Shown: piece after piece, positions 28,459 to 39,013 of the stretch
Position numbering within the stretch: the first letter of the stretch is position 1
How the letters are laid out: each line of letters opens with the position of its first letter
Virus record (IMG/VR): IMGVR_UViG_3300037560_000207
Location: 1 to 64,000 of that record
Origin: a virus
Direction: 5' to 3' (one strand)
DNA: 64,000 nucleotides
The notes under the pieces: model-generated
Told to the model about the DNA's origin: nothing
Databases searched by the model: none
The model's input: only the letters and a program-made list of their open reading frames with translations
Translations under genes and position numbers: made by a program

Positions 28459-30586
28459 CTTTGATTTCTCCGACCATAATAGACCAAGCCGAAGTAATCA
28501 ATATTCGCTTTTCTTTCATGATTGGTCCTCTTTTTGTCAATTCAGTAAAATTTATTACCAATTCATCAAAAATATTTTTCATATAATTAAAATCCCTCCC
28601 TGCCGTTTTTAATCTTTCAGCTATAAGTTTTTTGGAAACAATATCCCCCGGTCTCAAAGTAGATAACATACCATATTTAACTTGTTCTAATTCATCTTTC
28701 TGAGCCTTACTCAAAGATCGTAAATTCTTAATCTTATATAGTTCAAGATATGTATTATCTGCAAATTGATCTATTTTATCCAGAAATCCCTCTCCGACAA
28801 CACGCAAAACTGAAAGTGTTTTGGGAGTCCGTGTATTTCTAGGCCCAGTATCCTTTGTTGATGGTGGCCGTCCTGGAGAATTGTTACCATCATCTCTTGG
28901 TTGATCCCCACTGGGATTATCTCCGCCACCATCTCCACCTCCACCATCACCATTACGCATCTGCTTAACCCTTTCCAATTCAATAGCAAGCTCGTTTTGT
29001 TTTTCCATAACAGAGAATGGTCTATTATAAGGATTTGATTTTTCTAATGCACCAGGATTTTCCTCTCTAAGCTGCTGTTCTGTTTTTAGTCTCTCAAGTT
29101 CAATCATATAATTTACACCAAATACTTCAGTAGCTTTCTCAGATGAAATAATACCACGATCAAGTAACTGAATCATCAATTGTTTCTCTGCTGCTTCGTC
29201 TCGCAAAGACATAGTACCAAAACTAATTGCTGGAATTTTTTTAAATCCCATTGCATCTGCAACTAAACGAAATTCACCTTCCATCCAACGAATAGCACGA
29301 CTACGCACATATTCCAAACGTTCAACCAAAGTTTTCAATTGAACAAAAGCTGATTGAGCATTACGTACACCCGCACCCCGACCTCCAACTAATGAATCAG
29401 GAATACCTAAACCACAAACTATATCAGCATTAACACCAGTATATTTTTCTGCTCCAAGAATTTTATCTGTAGGAGGATATTCGACCTGAAGATCAATCAT
29501 ATCATCCCACACAAGGTCCATAACCCCACCACCAACATTATGTTGAAGAATGTCAATTAACTTATCTACAGCAGCGCGTGTCGGAAGAATTTGTTGCTCT
29601 GATTTACCAAGTTTCCAAAGACGAATGACATTTATAACACCATCAAGTGCTGCCATGTCAGCTAAACGCATCTTCTCTTTGAACATTACATCTTCAATAA
29701 CACCATATAAGAAAGGTGTACCCCAATCTTCCCAATCATCTTTCTTATAATAATCAACATAAATTCTATCCATATCTAATGCTACTAGAGTTCCATGTTT
29801 TTTAGCAGCTTTCACAACCTCTGGTGGAAGTTTAACTACAAAAGCTTTTTCTGCTTTCGTTCTTGGTCTCTTGATTGCATTAGCAAGAGATTTCGGAATT
29901 TGCATACCCAATGCATCAGAACCAAAAAATCGACCAACTTCACCACCAATTTTCTCAATTACAGCAGGTGATAAAAATGTATATCTCCAAGGAATTTGTC
30001 TACGCTTAGCTTGCTTCTTGGTAGTTTTAATCTTTTCAGGCGGATCAGTTACTTTGGTTTCATCAATTGTATCAATAGCCGTTATGGCCCCTTTTGTCAT
30101 TTCCTTAATAACGGGCCTGGTGATAAGTCCATTTTTGCGACGAACAATTACATTGGCATCTCGCATTAGTAACTTCATAAAATCATGGGCTCGACCTTGC
30201 AAATTAACATGCCTAGCCCACTCACGGAAAAATCTTTCCTGAGTTTTGGTGGCATGTTGTAATTCCAATCCCTCGGCTGCAAAGTCTGTCATTAAGTCGA
30301 TGATATTTCTGACCATACCTACCTTACGGTAAATAGCCTGACAAGCAAGGATAATATCAGCATGTTTAATAGGAAGTTTATCGCTTGGACGATGGACATT
30401 GTAATCGTGACGATTATGTCCTGTGCGAAGATTAACATCAGATGCGATAGTTCTGTGTGCGACTCCATGAGTTAGATGACATACTTCGGGAAGAATATGT
30501 TCAGTGATACTTTTTATACCTCTAGTGTACAACTGCTCCGTAGATGGAGCTTTCGATTGTCGAACACCGGATTGCTTTTTTGCCAT
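28451..30586 (-). CDS. portal protein
   Basis: 711 aa between TerL and protease; VRNIIDLMTDF, DDWEDWGTPFL; low-complexity C-terminal tail. Confidence 0.75.
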   Translation of the reverse strand: MAKKQSGVRQSKAPSTEQLYTRGIKSITEHILPEVCHLTHGVAHRTIASDVNLRTGHNRHDYNVHRPSDKLPIKHADIILACQAIYRKVGMVRNIIDLMTDFAAEGLELQHATKTQERFFREWARHVNLQGRAHDFMKLLMRDANVIVRRKNGLITRPVIKEMTKGAITAIDTIDETKVTDPPEKIKTTKKQAKRRQIPWRYTFLSPAVIEKIGGEVGRFFGSDALGMQIPKSLANAIKRPRTKAEKAFVVKLPPEVVKAAKKHGTLVALDMDRIYVDYYKKDDWEDWGTPFLYGVIEDVMFKEKMRLADMAALDGVINVIRLWKLGKSEQQILPTRAAVDKLIDILQHNVGGGVMDLVWDDMIDLQVEYPPTDKILGAEKYTGVNADIVCGLGIPDSLVGGRGAGVRNAQSAFVQLKTLVERLEYVRSRAIRWMEGEFRLVADAMGFKKIPAISFGTMSLRDEAAEKQLMIQLLDRGIISSEKATEVFGVNYMIELERLKTEQQLREENPGALEKSNPYNRPFSVMEKQNELAIELERVKQMRNGDGGGGDGGGDNPSGDQPRDDGNNSPGRPPSTKDTGPRNTRTPKTLSVLRVVGEGFLDKIDQFADNTYLELYKIKNLRSLSKAQKDELEQVKYGMLSTLRPGDIVSKKLIAERLKTAGRDFNYMKNIFDELVINFTELTKRGPIMKEKRILITSAWSIMVGEIKDD

Positions 30587-30658
30587 TTTTGCCCCCTTAT
30601 CATACCATGATACTAACCACGGTCTAATTAACGGTCCAATTGATTATACACCATAAAT

Positions 30659-32815
30659 TTAGATTTGTTTACCATTTTTAACAGCCTTAAAAATGCCACC
30701 ATAACGAGTATATTGGGCATTTCTCATTCTACCCACTCCTGCTCCTCTATATAAAGGCTCATTTTTAGGTGGCTTAGCACGCTTTTCTATATTACCTGGC
30801 ACATCCTCATAATCAATATTATCAGGTTGAGCTATATCTGTGTTATAAATATATTTATGAGATAATAAAAGAGCCGTATAACGATCTTTACGAAGTCTGC
30901 CTTTCCGACCACGACCTTCTACCGCCCCTGGCTGAACCACCTGTGGGGTATCAAATCTTTCCTTACCAGTTGCGGTTTCACTCATATGGATAGTACAAAG
31001 CTCATTCTTTAATTCTTCTAAATTAAATACATTATCTTCGTAAGTATCAAAAGTAATACCAATTGCTTTTTCTGCCTCAATCGCAGAATACATCTTTACG
31101 CTATCAAAAGCTGGGAATAATAAAGTACGAGTTTCTAAACTCTTGTGCAGGGCTATATTGGCTTCCTGATTAAATTCATTGGTTTGTGCAATAAGATGTA
31201 AGATATGTCGTCCATCCGTCTCTCCATCAGTAGATTTTGGATCATCGAAATCTATAACTTCATAGATCGGAAAATCGCCATCATCTTTATTTAGCAATTT
31301 CTTATTTCTAAGCATTTCAGAAATAGCATAGCCACCACCTTGACTATCCATCTCAATTCGTACTGGATTAAATAAACGAACAATATCTAGAATTTTTGAA
31401 CAACAATATGCATAGTAGTCATCGTCAGTAATTAACCCCCGTTTCTTTCTTTTGATAAATTCCTTTTTATTTACAGACCAACAATAAACTACTCGATAAT
31501 GATTTGCCCAGACTTCAATCATGGTAATAGCTAAATTATCTTTTTCGGCAGCAGGATCGATTCCCATGACATACTTACGTTTGGATTGACCCTTCATCAA
31601 TGGAGTAAAGGTAACTGCACCATCAGGGGTTTCTATTGGCTTGTTCGGTCCAACAGTGCATCCTTCAATCAAACTGCGTGGATAAAATCCATCAGAATCC
31701 TTTACAAAAATTGCTCCGTATTCCATAAGATAAACATTACGAGGAAGAATAGCTTTTGCATGTGCTAATTGTCTTTGATCTAATAATCCCTCTGGTAAAT
31801 GAGTATGAGGAATACATATAATAGCATAATCTCGATAATCAAAATTATTAGGAACTAAATTCTCTCCACCAAAAATATCCGCAATAAGAGAAGGATCACC
31901 TTTGCTTTGAATAATAGATTGCCACATTTGATACCTTTTGGCAAAATGATTAAACGCATAATAGGCAGTACCACAATAAATAATCTGATTACCATGTTTA
32001 TATTTAGCATCTTTAATAATTTGTTTTTTAATATCTTCTGGAATATTCATCTTAACTAATTGTTTATCAAAAGCAATACTTCTGGCTTCATCAACAGGTG
32101 TTTTAGTTGTAGCAGCGAAACCACGAACAACAACATCAAAAACATCTTCCGGCACACTAGCAAATTCATCTACAATAACCGTTGTTGCTCTAAATCCACG
32201 AATTTTCTGACCATCACCCAATGGTAGCGCTGTAATCATTGAATCACCAATTCTAAAATAACAGAGATCAACATTTTGACGTGGACCAGCTTTCTTACCA
32301 CCACCTACAATACTCCTAAGCAATAAAGAATTAGACCAAATTGTTTCTATATAACCAAACACTAATCTTGCTTGTCTCAAACCAGCGCCAACAATAACAA
32401 TCTTAGAACCAGGATCAAATAATGCTCGAAGAATAGCATAAACCGCAAGCAAAAAAGTTTTACTTCCTCCCCGTGATGCTACCAACATAGGAAACGGAGT
32501 ATTCCACATAATCTGTAATATAGCAATTTGAATAGGAAATAAATCAATCCCCAAAAGAACTTTGGTTGTCCAACCAATATAATCAATATTCAACATCTTA
32601 CTAACTACAACTTGGTCTAGCGGGTCTTTGGATTGCTTTAAATCAGTAAAAATATGTTTATTTATTGTAGGTACTCGATCACGGAATGGGAATAGATATA
32701 GATGCTTTCCTTGATCACCATGGAGTAATTCACTTAATGTAATCTTAGTACCCAAGACAATCTCCCTCAAGTTTATTTTTGGGTTCCTGATGTACCCAAC
32801 GATCCTTCTCAACAC
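30659..32815 (-). CDS. terL: terminase large subunit (probable TTG start at 32755)
   Basis: Walker A ASRGGSKT, GQKIRGFRA, Walker B IVDEFA, nuclease MGIDPA...RKDRYTAL. Confidence 0.9.
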   Translation of the reverse strand: MLRRIVGYIRNPKINLREIVLGTKITLSELLHGDQGKHLYLFPFRDRVPTINKHIFTDLKQSKDPLDQVVVSKMLNIDYIGWTTKVLLGIDLFPIQIAILQIMWNTPFPMLVASRGGSKTFLLAVYAILRALFDPGSKIVIVGAGLRQARLVFGYIETIWSNSLLLRSIVGGGKKAGPRQNVDLCYFRIGDSMITALPLGDGQKIRGFRATTVIVDEFASVPEDVFDVVVRGFAATTKTPVDEARSIAFDKQLVKMNIPEDIKKQIIKDAKYKHGNQIIYCGTAYYAFNHFAKRYQMWQSIIQSKGDPSLIADIFGGENLVPNNFDYRDYAIICIPHTHLPEGLLDQRQLAHAKAILPRNVYLMEYGAIFVKDSDGFYPRSLIEGCTVGPNKPIETPDGAVTFTPLMKGQSKRKYVMGIDPAAEKDNLAITMIEVWANHYRVVYCWSVNKKEFIKRKKRGLITDDDYYAYCCSKILDIVRLFNPVRIEMDSQGGGYAISEMLRNKKLLNKDDGDFPIYEVIDFDDPKSTDGETDGRHILHLIAQTNEFNQEANIALHKSLETRTLLFPAFDSVKMYSAIEAEKAIGITFDTYEDNVFNLEELKNELCTIHMSETATGKERFDTPQVVQPGAVEGRGRKGRLRKDRYTALLLSHKYIYNTDIAQPDNIDYEDVPGNIEKRAKPPKNEPLYRGAGVGRMRNAQYTRYGGIFKAVKNGKQI

Positions 32816-33284
32816 GAACTACTTCTTCACAAATCATTTGGGTTATGCGATATCCGCAGGCCCCTGCTGGGATAATATGTACACCATATTTAACTGACAG
32901 ATACATCAACCATCTTATCAAAGATTTACCAGGGACGCCTTTTGTAAATTGCGGCGGAGAAAGTTCCAGAATATCTGGTGTTAATGATGATTCTATTATA
33001 ATATATGAATGTTTTATTTCAGACATACGTTCCATTTCTTTTTCAAATGCTGGTCGTTTCTTACTGCTATAATTACCCCATAATTCTGAAAAGGCAAATT
33101 TTCGTTCAACAGCAAGGATATCAGTATAACCTACCAGGCTATAATCACCTGTTTCCAGGGTATCTGTGATGGTACCATTGCACCTAGGGGGACGACGATC
33201 TGGAGTATGCGCGTCAAAAGTCCAACCCTTTTGTTCACGACTATCTTTTATTACGGTGTAATGGGGAAGAATTAATCTAGACAT
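32745..33284 (-). CDS. ERCC4/XPF-type nuclease
   Basis: IKDSREQ, LETGDYS, VERK motifs. Confidence 0.85.
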   Translation of the reverse strand: MSRLILPHYTVIKDSREQKGWTFDAHTPDRRPPRCNGTITDTLETGDYSLVGYTDILAVERKFAFSELWGNYSSKKRPAFEKEMERMSEIKHSYIIIESSLTPDILELSPPQFTKGVPGKSLIRWLMYLSVKYGVHIIPAGACGYRITQMICEEVVRVEKDRWVHQEPKNKLEGDCLGY

Positions 33285-33332
33285 TCAACTTTCCTCTTTT
33301 TATTACTTCTGTTAACGCTCTTTCTATCATTA

Positions 33333-34346
33333 TTATGTATTTTCTTTTATTAATGCTTCATAATCACTGACAATCATTTCACTTATCATCTCATCAAAAC
33401 TAATTGTCGGTTCCCAACCAAGAATTATTCTTGCCTTGGTGGGATCAGCACATAAATAATTAACATCTACTGGTCGATAAAATTTAGGATCAATGATTAC
33501 ATAATCCTCATAATTTAACCCAATCGTTCCAAAAGCAACTTCCAACAATTCCTTTACAGAACGTGCTTTGCCAGAACCAAGTACATAATCATCTGGTGTA
33601 TCATGTTGTAATATCATCCACATTCCACAAACCATATCAATAGCATGAGACCAGTCCCTTTTTGCTTCAAGATTACCCAAAGCCAACATCGGCATCTTCC
33701 CTGGAAAAGGAGGAACTCCATCATTAATATTCATCCAATTTTTAAGCATAGCAACATATTGAGTAATTTTTCTCGTAACAAAATTTTCCCCTCTTCTTGG
33801 CGATTCGTGGTTAAATAAAATACCAGCACAAGCAAAAATATTATATGCTTTACGATATAAACCAACCGTTTGGTGCGCGTATAATTTAGCAATACCATAT
33901 GGTGAAGTAGGTTCCATTTGTGTAGTCTCGGATTGTGGCATAACATTAACATTACCAAAAAGCTCAGATGTACTAGCTTGATAAAATTTACTTTGTGGTG
34001 AAGATTGGCGAATTGCTTCAAGTATACCGAGAGGACCAACAGCATCAATCTGACACGTTGTAATTGGTTGATCAAATGAAGCACCCACATGGGTTAATGC
34101 AGCTAGATTATAAACTTCATCCGGCTGAATCCCGGAAATCAACCGATGCATACATGTAACATCTGTAATATCACCATCAACTAATTCAAAATTAGGATGA
34201 TGCTGGAAATGAATAATGCGTTCAGTGGTATCAACTGATGATTGCCTAATCAATCCATAAACTTTATATCCCTTGTCCAATAAGAATTCTGCCAAATAAC
34301 TTCCATCTTGTCCAGTTGTCCCAGTGATGAATGCAGTTTTACCCAT
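33333..34346 (-). CDS. gmd: GDP-mannose 4,6-dehydratase
   Basis: ITGTTGQDGSYLAE, YQASTSELFG, SPYGIAK, FNHESPRRGENFVTRKI. Confidence 0.95.
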   Translation of the reverse strand: MGKTAFITGTTGQDGSYLAEFLLDKGYKVYGLIRQSSVDTTERIIHFQHHPNFELVDGDITDVTCMHRLISGIQPDEVYNLAALTHVGASFDQPITTCQIDAVGPLGILEAIRQSSPQSKFYQASTSELFGNVNVMPQSETTQMEPTSPYGIAKLYAHQTVGLYRKAYNIFACAGILFNHESPRRGENFVTRKITQYVAMLKNWMNINDGVPPFPGKMPMLALGNLEAKRDWSHAIDMVCGMWMILQHDTPDDYVLGSGKARSVKELLEVAFGTIGLNYEDYVIIDPKFYRPVDVNYLCADPTKARIILGWEPTISFDEMISEMIVSDYEALIKENT

Positions 34347-34707
34347 TTTTCTTCATATCTCCATTCTTCTTCGTCTTCTGATGTGCATCAATCATTTTTT
34401 GAATATCCTCTGATAACGCAGTAATATTAGCATTACCATCTGAAATTGTAAAACTATCAATTTCCTTCATACAACAACGTTTATATTTTTTACCAGAATT
34501 ACATAAGCAAGGCCAATTACGACCCCATCTCATACGTCTACGAGTAATTGGCATAGTAACACCACTAATACGTCTACTAAGATTACGAAGTTCCGATGAC
34601 CTTTTGCTCATAAGGTATACCCCTTTCCTCTGCACATAATCGTGCATCAATTTCCCAACAATGCCGTACCGCCGCTCTTTGTCCCTTGGTCTTAACATCT
34701 TCCTCAT
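34339..34707 (-). CDS. SEC-C motif protein (true start probably MSKRSSE)
   Basis: GRNWPCLCNSGKKYKRCC. Confidence 0.75.
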   Translation of the reverse strand: MRKMLRPRDKERRYGIVGKLMHDYVQRKGVYLMSKRSSELRNLSRRISGVTMPITRRRMRWGRNWPCLCNSGKKYKRCCMKEIDSFTISDGNANITALSEDIQKMIDAHQKTKKNGDMKKNG

Positions 34708-35710
34708 ATTTATGCAATCTAGCTATTCGGAAAAGATCAGCCAATCTATTAAAATATGTATGATTTTGAGCTACATATTCTACGCTAGCCCTAATCTTAT
34801 CAAAACGCTGTGATTGATCCTCTACAAGCCCAATTACTTTATTTATAAAATTAGTTGTACTAATAGCTATTTCACAATGCTTCCCAAGATATTTAGAAAT
34901 CATAGGATTATCAGATACTTGAATGCCACCACACAACGGAATCATGAATGATCTTTCATTGACACATGCTTGAAGCTTTACCTGTTTTACTGTATGAACA
35001 TTAAGACATACTTTAGCTGTTGCATAAACATGAGCTAATTTAACAATATCTAGTGGACCATTATAATTAAGACCAGCTAACTGCCAAATGTTATCACCGA
35101 ATACTTGATAAGAATAACCAAGTAAATCTAACCTCTTAAACAATGGTTCAATCAAATGTTTCATAATATCTTGTCGGTGATTAAAATTAGCAACCATCGC
35201 AACATCAGTTAATACTGAACATGTTGACGGCAATGCTTTAACCATATTCCCCGCCACTGGTAAATGCACAAGATTACTATTCTGCCAACCACGCATATAT
35301 TCAAACCATAAATTAGGCTCCAAACGAGTATGTACAATAACTTCTTTAATTTCTTTTATTAAATCTGGTTCATCATCATGAGCAAATTCATATGGTCCAT
35401 CTATTGTAGCATTAGCCGGATTCAAAGGTAAAGCATCAATAATTACCACCACCTGATTATCATTTATAACTTTAATAGGTAGTTGTCTTATACCATATCT
35501 TGAAAAAGTCATAATTAATTGAACTCCATATTTTTCAATTAATTCACGACAACCTAATTTAGTCTTGGGATTTCCAACATATACTTTCCAACCAAGATAT
35601 CGCAAAGCATCAACATAACCATGTTGTATCATTTTTGATGTCATCCCAGGACGCGGAATATATAGAGCACATTTATTCATCATCATTCTCCCCGAAATCA
35701 GTATCTGCAT
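34583..35710 (-). CDS. glycosyltransferase (CgeB/GT1_2-like)
   Basis: YATAKVCLNVH...NERSFMIPLCGGIQVSD...HTYFNR. Confidence 0.75.
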   Translation of the reverse strand: MQILISGRMMMNKCALYIPRPGMTSKMIQHGYVDALRYLGWKVYVGNPKTKLGCRELIEKYGVQLIMTFSRYGIRQLPIKVINDNQVVVIIDALPLNPANATIDGPYEFAHDDEPDLIKEIKEVIVHTRLEPNLWFEYMRGWQNSNLVHLPVAGNMVKALPSTCSVLTDVAMVANFNHRQDIMKHLIEPLFKRLDLLGYSYQVFGDNIWQLAGLNYNGPLDIVKLAHVYATAKVCLNVHTVKQVKLQACVNERSFMIPLCGGIQVSDNPMISKYLGKHCEIAISTTNFINKVIGLVEDQSQRFDKIRASVEYVAQNHTYFNRLADLFRIARLHKYEEDVKTKGQRAAVRHCWEIDARLCAEERGIPYEQKVIGTS

Positions 35711-36599
35711 CCATAATTATTGGTTCAACACTACCATCAGGAAACTCAATAGATTTACGAAATTCATTTGTAATATCTTCAGCAGCAATCTTTGTTAATT
35801 CAGCAAAACGCCCCTGCTTATCTCTTTCGTCTTGCGAATGTTGTAATTTGGTTACTAACTCCAAAAATGTCTGCTTGCCTCCACTAAGTTCTTCTAAACG
35901 ATCTTTACGAGTTGCGGCCAAACTACTATAAATTTTCTGTCGTTCTTTCACTAATGCATCATAACGATCATATGCTGCTTTAGTATATCTGTGTCTATCG
36001 TCTAATTGTCTCTGTTGTAAAATACGAAACTTAATAGTATCTTTGTTTTCTTCTTCTTTCTTAGGATTCTCGATAAACCATATCTGTAAATCAGCAATTT
36101 GTCTTTGTAATAAACGAGTTAAAATCAATTGTCTATCAATCAGAAGTCTATGTTTCAAAAAATCATCGATCTGCATAAATTCACTAATAACAATATCTTC
36201 AAATTGACAACATAGAAGACCAAAATCTTCTACATATACAGCCACTTCTTCTGATTCAAATTGTTTCTTAATAGTTATATATAAGTGTGTCTTTTTGAAT
36301 TGATCTCTAAACCAATGAGCTTTTTCACCATCAGAAAGTCCATGTGGTGGTAAGGTGAGCATTGGACCATCTAATACATCAATATTAATAGACTGACCAG
36401 GCTTCTTAATCACACCCATAGCACGACGGCGTCTACCAATAGTATCGAGAGTCCATTTGTATCCACATTCCTCTATCAACCGTTGCTGAATCTTTTTATC
36501 ACTTAGATCTTGTTTTATACAATCAACAAGAATTTTCAATGCTTTAGGATTAGAAGATAATCTCTGATTTTTAATTTCTGACACCATCTTCTCTCTCAC
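35673..36599 (-). CDS. HTH + coiled-coil protein, candidate terminase small subunit
   Basis: N-terminal LSDKKIQ..L....G.KW...TIGRRRR; upstream of TerL in same operon; TerS role is inference. Confidence 0.4.
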   Translation of the reverse strand: MREKMVSEIKNQRLSSNPKALKILVDCIKQDLSDKKIQQRLIEECGYKWTLDTIGRRRRAMGVIKKPGQSINIDVLDGPMLTLPPHGLSDGEKAHWFRDQFKKTHLYITIKKQFESEEVAVYVEDFGLLCCQFEDIVISEFMQIDDFLKHRLLIDRQLILTRLLQRQIADLQIWFIENPKKEEENKDTIKFRILQQRQLDDRHRYTKAAYDRYDALVKERQKIYSSLAATRKDRLEELSGGKQTFLELVTKLQHSQDERDKQGRFAELTKIAAEDITNEFRKSIEFPDGSVEPIIMDADTDFGENDDE

Positions 36600-37140
36600 T
36601 TAAAATCTCGGTAACCTTTTGACGTATTTCTTCAACCAATGAACTACGAATTATATTATTTTCAATTAGTTCTTCAAATGGTTTAAGTAAATCGTCAGGT
36701 AGTCGTTCTTGAATATATATTAAAGTTTCATTACATAAAATATATTCAATTGGATCAACACTTATTTGTGTAGAGCACAAAAGTATGTCTTGTTCTGCAA
36801 TATTACAACTTTCAAGCGACAAAGCATTCACTAAATTCATTCGAACCCAAGCAAGACCAGAACTAGAAATATCCGAACCAGGGCGAAAATACTTATCTCT
36901 CTTAAGGTTTTTAAGACGATTTTTAACATGTCGAGCCAAATAATTCTCAATCGGGCCTATTGTTGAATCATATCGATTCAAAGCCTCCAAACACATACAC
37001 CATACTTCTTGATAAACATCACTATTTACATAATACGCAAAGGCACCATTATTACTACGAGATTTAGCTAATCGCTCAATAATAGGATATGCTTCATTAA
37101 GAAGTTTTTGACTGACTATCATCCTCTGTTTCCTTTTCAA
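36571..37140 (-). CDS. sigma70-family factor (region 2 clear, region 4 degenerate)
   Basis: DVYQEVWCMCLEALNRYDSTIGPIENYLARHVKNRLKNLKRD. Confidence 0.7.
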   Translation of the reverse strand: MKRKQRMIVSQKLLNEAYPIIERLAKSRSNNGAFAYYVNSDVYQEVWCMCLEALNRYDSTIGPIENYLARHVKNRLKNLKRDKYFRPGSDISSSGLAWVRMNLVNALSLESCNIAEQDILLCSTQISVDPIEYILCNETLIYIQERLPDDLLKPFEELIENNIIRSSLVEEIRQKVTEILSEREDGVRN

Positions 37141-37285
37141 CCAATTTTTTAATTGTCTTCTTTCCGATAGCTGGTTCTGGATCAGGAATAACTAAATCAT
37201 CAATAACCTTGGCATTAGCCCCTTTTGTTCCACGAGTAATCAAACGACAGTCTACCTTAGTTTTCTTGTAACTCATTTCCATCAC
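37097..37285 (-). CDS. hypothetical protein
   Basis: First ORF after late promoter at 37291. Confidence 0.55.
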   Translation of the reverse strand: MMEMSYKKTKVDCRLITRGTKGANAKVIDDLVIPDPEPAIGKKTIKKLVEKETEDDSQSKTS

Positions 37286-37378
37286 CTTTAATTATACACA
37301 ATTACGTCCGATAAAATCGTCCCCCATATATATAGAGAGCGCATTTTTGCAAAAGTGTTCCATTTTTCTTATTTTTCT

Positions 37379-37408
37379 TCGAACAAATTCCCCAGTTACA
37401 CGTATAAT
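37379..37408 (+). promoter_or_regulatory. Phage promoter class A driving plus-strand cluster
   Basis: TCGAAC-N16-CGTATAAT. Confidence 0.7.
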
Positions 37409-37413
37409 ATAGT

Positions 37414-37701
37414 GTGGAACAGTTTGTGGTCAGAAAAAATACTTTACCTTATGTTCATCAGTGGGCTGTTTTAGATACAGAAACAGGCAAAATAGTTGGT
37501 GAATATAAGACTAAAAAATCCGCAGAAGAAGGTTGTAAAATTTTCAACAAATACGGTTGGTATAAATTACCAGATAACACTGATACTAAGGATATCAAAG
37601 ATACCTGGAAGACTGCATACAAACGTATGAAATATCCAGATGGTGATCCACTACCTAAACCGCCAAGACATTCTAATAAACGACTAGTGGAGCTTGATTA
37701 A
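37414..37701 (+). CDS. hypothetical protein
   Basis: ORF coupled to MTase gene. Confidence 0.6.
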   Translation: MEQFVVRKNTLPYVHQWAVLDTETGKIVGEYKTKKSAEEGCKIFNKYGWYKLPDNTDTKDIKDTWKTAYKRMKYPDGDPLPKPPRHSNKRLVELD

Positions 37702-38405
37702 TGATTAAATTAATTCATGGAAAATTTGAAGATATCCCTCAATCTGAGATTGGGAATATTGATCTAATTATTGCAGATATCCCCGACTGTTTAAATCAAA
37801 AATATCCTGATTATATAGACAAAATGCCGAAAAATGAATATGAAGCTAAATTACATCTTTGGTTAGAGAAAATGTCAAAATTAACAAAAGGCCCAATATT
37901 CTTTCTTTGTAATGAACGCTGGATTAAAGAAGTTGAGAATACCATTAGTAATATAGGTATTAAATTGATCCAGAGATTATTGTGGCATTACAATTTTGGA
38001 ATGGATCAATCTCGTCATAACAAATATAGTCTCTGTTATCGTCCTATTTATTGGTTGCATTCAGATTTTATTATTCCAGAAAATATTAAAATACCATCTG
38101 ATCGTCAAATTAAATATAATGATTCACGAGCTGCGCCAACGGGTAAAATTCCACAGAATGTTTGGAGTTTTCCTAGAATTTGTGGCAGCTTTCGTGAACG
38201 AAGACCATGGTTTCCAAATCAAATAAATCAGAAGGTTATCGAAAGAATTATTTTGGGGCATTGCCCCATAAATGGCACAATTTATGATCCATTCATAGGA
38301 AGCGGTACATCTGTTTTTGCTGCTATCTCAACAAACAGAAATGTTATTGGTTCTGATATAAGTAAAACATGTATCCGACAAATTAGAAAAAGCTTGAATT
38401 TATGA
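37701..38405 (+). CDS. beta-class N6A/N4C DNA methyltransferase with variant motif IV (DIPD)
   Basis: [28 protein letters not shown]. Confidence 0.85.
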   Translation: MIKLIHGKFEDIPQSEIGNIDLIIADIPDCLNQKYPDYIDKMPKNEYEAKLHLWLEKMSKLTKGPIFFLCNERWIKEVENTISNIGIKLIQRLLWHYNFGMDQSRHNKYSLCYRPIYWLHSDFIIPENIKIPSDRQIKYNDSRAAPTGKIPQNVWSFPRICGSFRERRPWFPNQINQKVIERIILGHCPINGTIYDPFIGSGTSVFAAISTNRNVIGSDISKTCIRQIRKSLNL

Positions 38406-39013
38406 CCAAAAAATGTAAGCAATGTAATAATTCATTTCCTTACAGACAAAGACGAACATTTTGTTCTCGTCAATGCTATATCCAATATCGTCATCAAATA
38501 AATAAATCTTGGAACATTGATCGATTAAGCATACTTAAAACAAAAGAAAAATTATTTTGGAACAACGTAGTTAAAGGAAATGCTGATTCTTGTTGGATTT
38601 GGACGGGCCATTTCGCAACAAATAAATATGGCGATTTTAATTTTATGATTGATGGAATTGTGTCTCGGTATACAGCGCACAGAGCGGCATATATGTTAGA
38701 TAATAATGTAAATATTGATCCTACTATATATGTATGTCATAAATGTGACAATCGATCGTGCGTTAATCCATTACATCTATTTTTAGGAACAGCATTCGAT
38801 AATAATGAAGATATGGCTATGAAAGGCAGAAGACGAGAATGTCGCGGAGAAGACCGTTCAACATCAAAATTAACAAATGATCAAGTTAGACAAATCAAAA
38901 TAATATTGAAACAATCAAATCGTCCCACTTATCGGTCAATTGGTAAACAATTTAATGTTAATGCAGGAACAATTTATCTTATTAATAAAGGAAGAAATTG
39001 GAGTCATATCTGA
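38402..39013 (+). CDS. His-Me finger HNH homing endonuclease
   Basis: CWIWTG...AHRAAY...[24 protein letters not shown]. Confidence 0.9.
   Translation: MTKKCKQCNNSFPYRQRRTFCSRQCYIQYRHQINKSWNIDRLSILKTKEKLFWNNVVKGNADSCWIWTGHFATNKYGDFNFMIDGIVSRYTAHRAAYMLDNNVNIDPTIYVCHKCDNRSCVNPLHLFLGTAFDNNEDMAMKGRRRECRGEDRSTSKLTNDQVRQIKIILKQSNRPTYRSIGKQFNVNAGTIYLINKGRNWSHI

Noticed and set aside
14308-30242. Numerous short antisense or alternate-frame ORFs within structural genes
   Set aside because: They shadow long, motif-bearing genes and lack RBS or protein-like composition.
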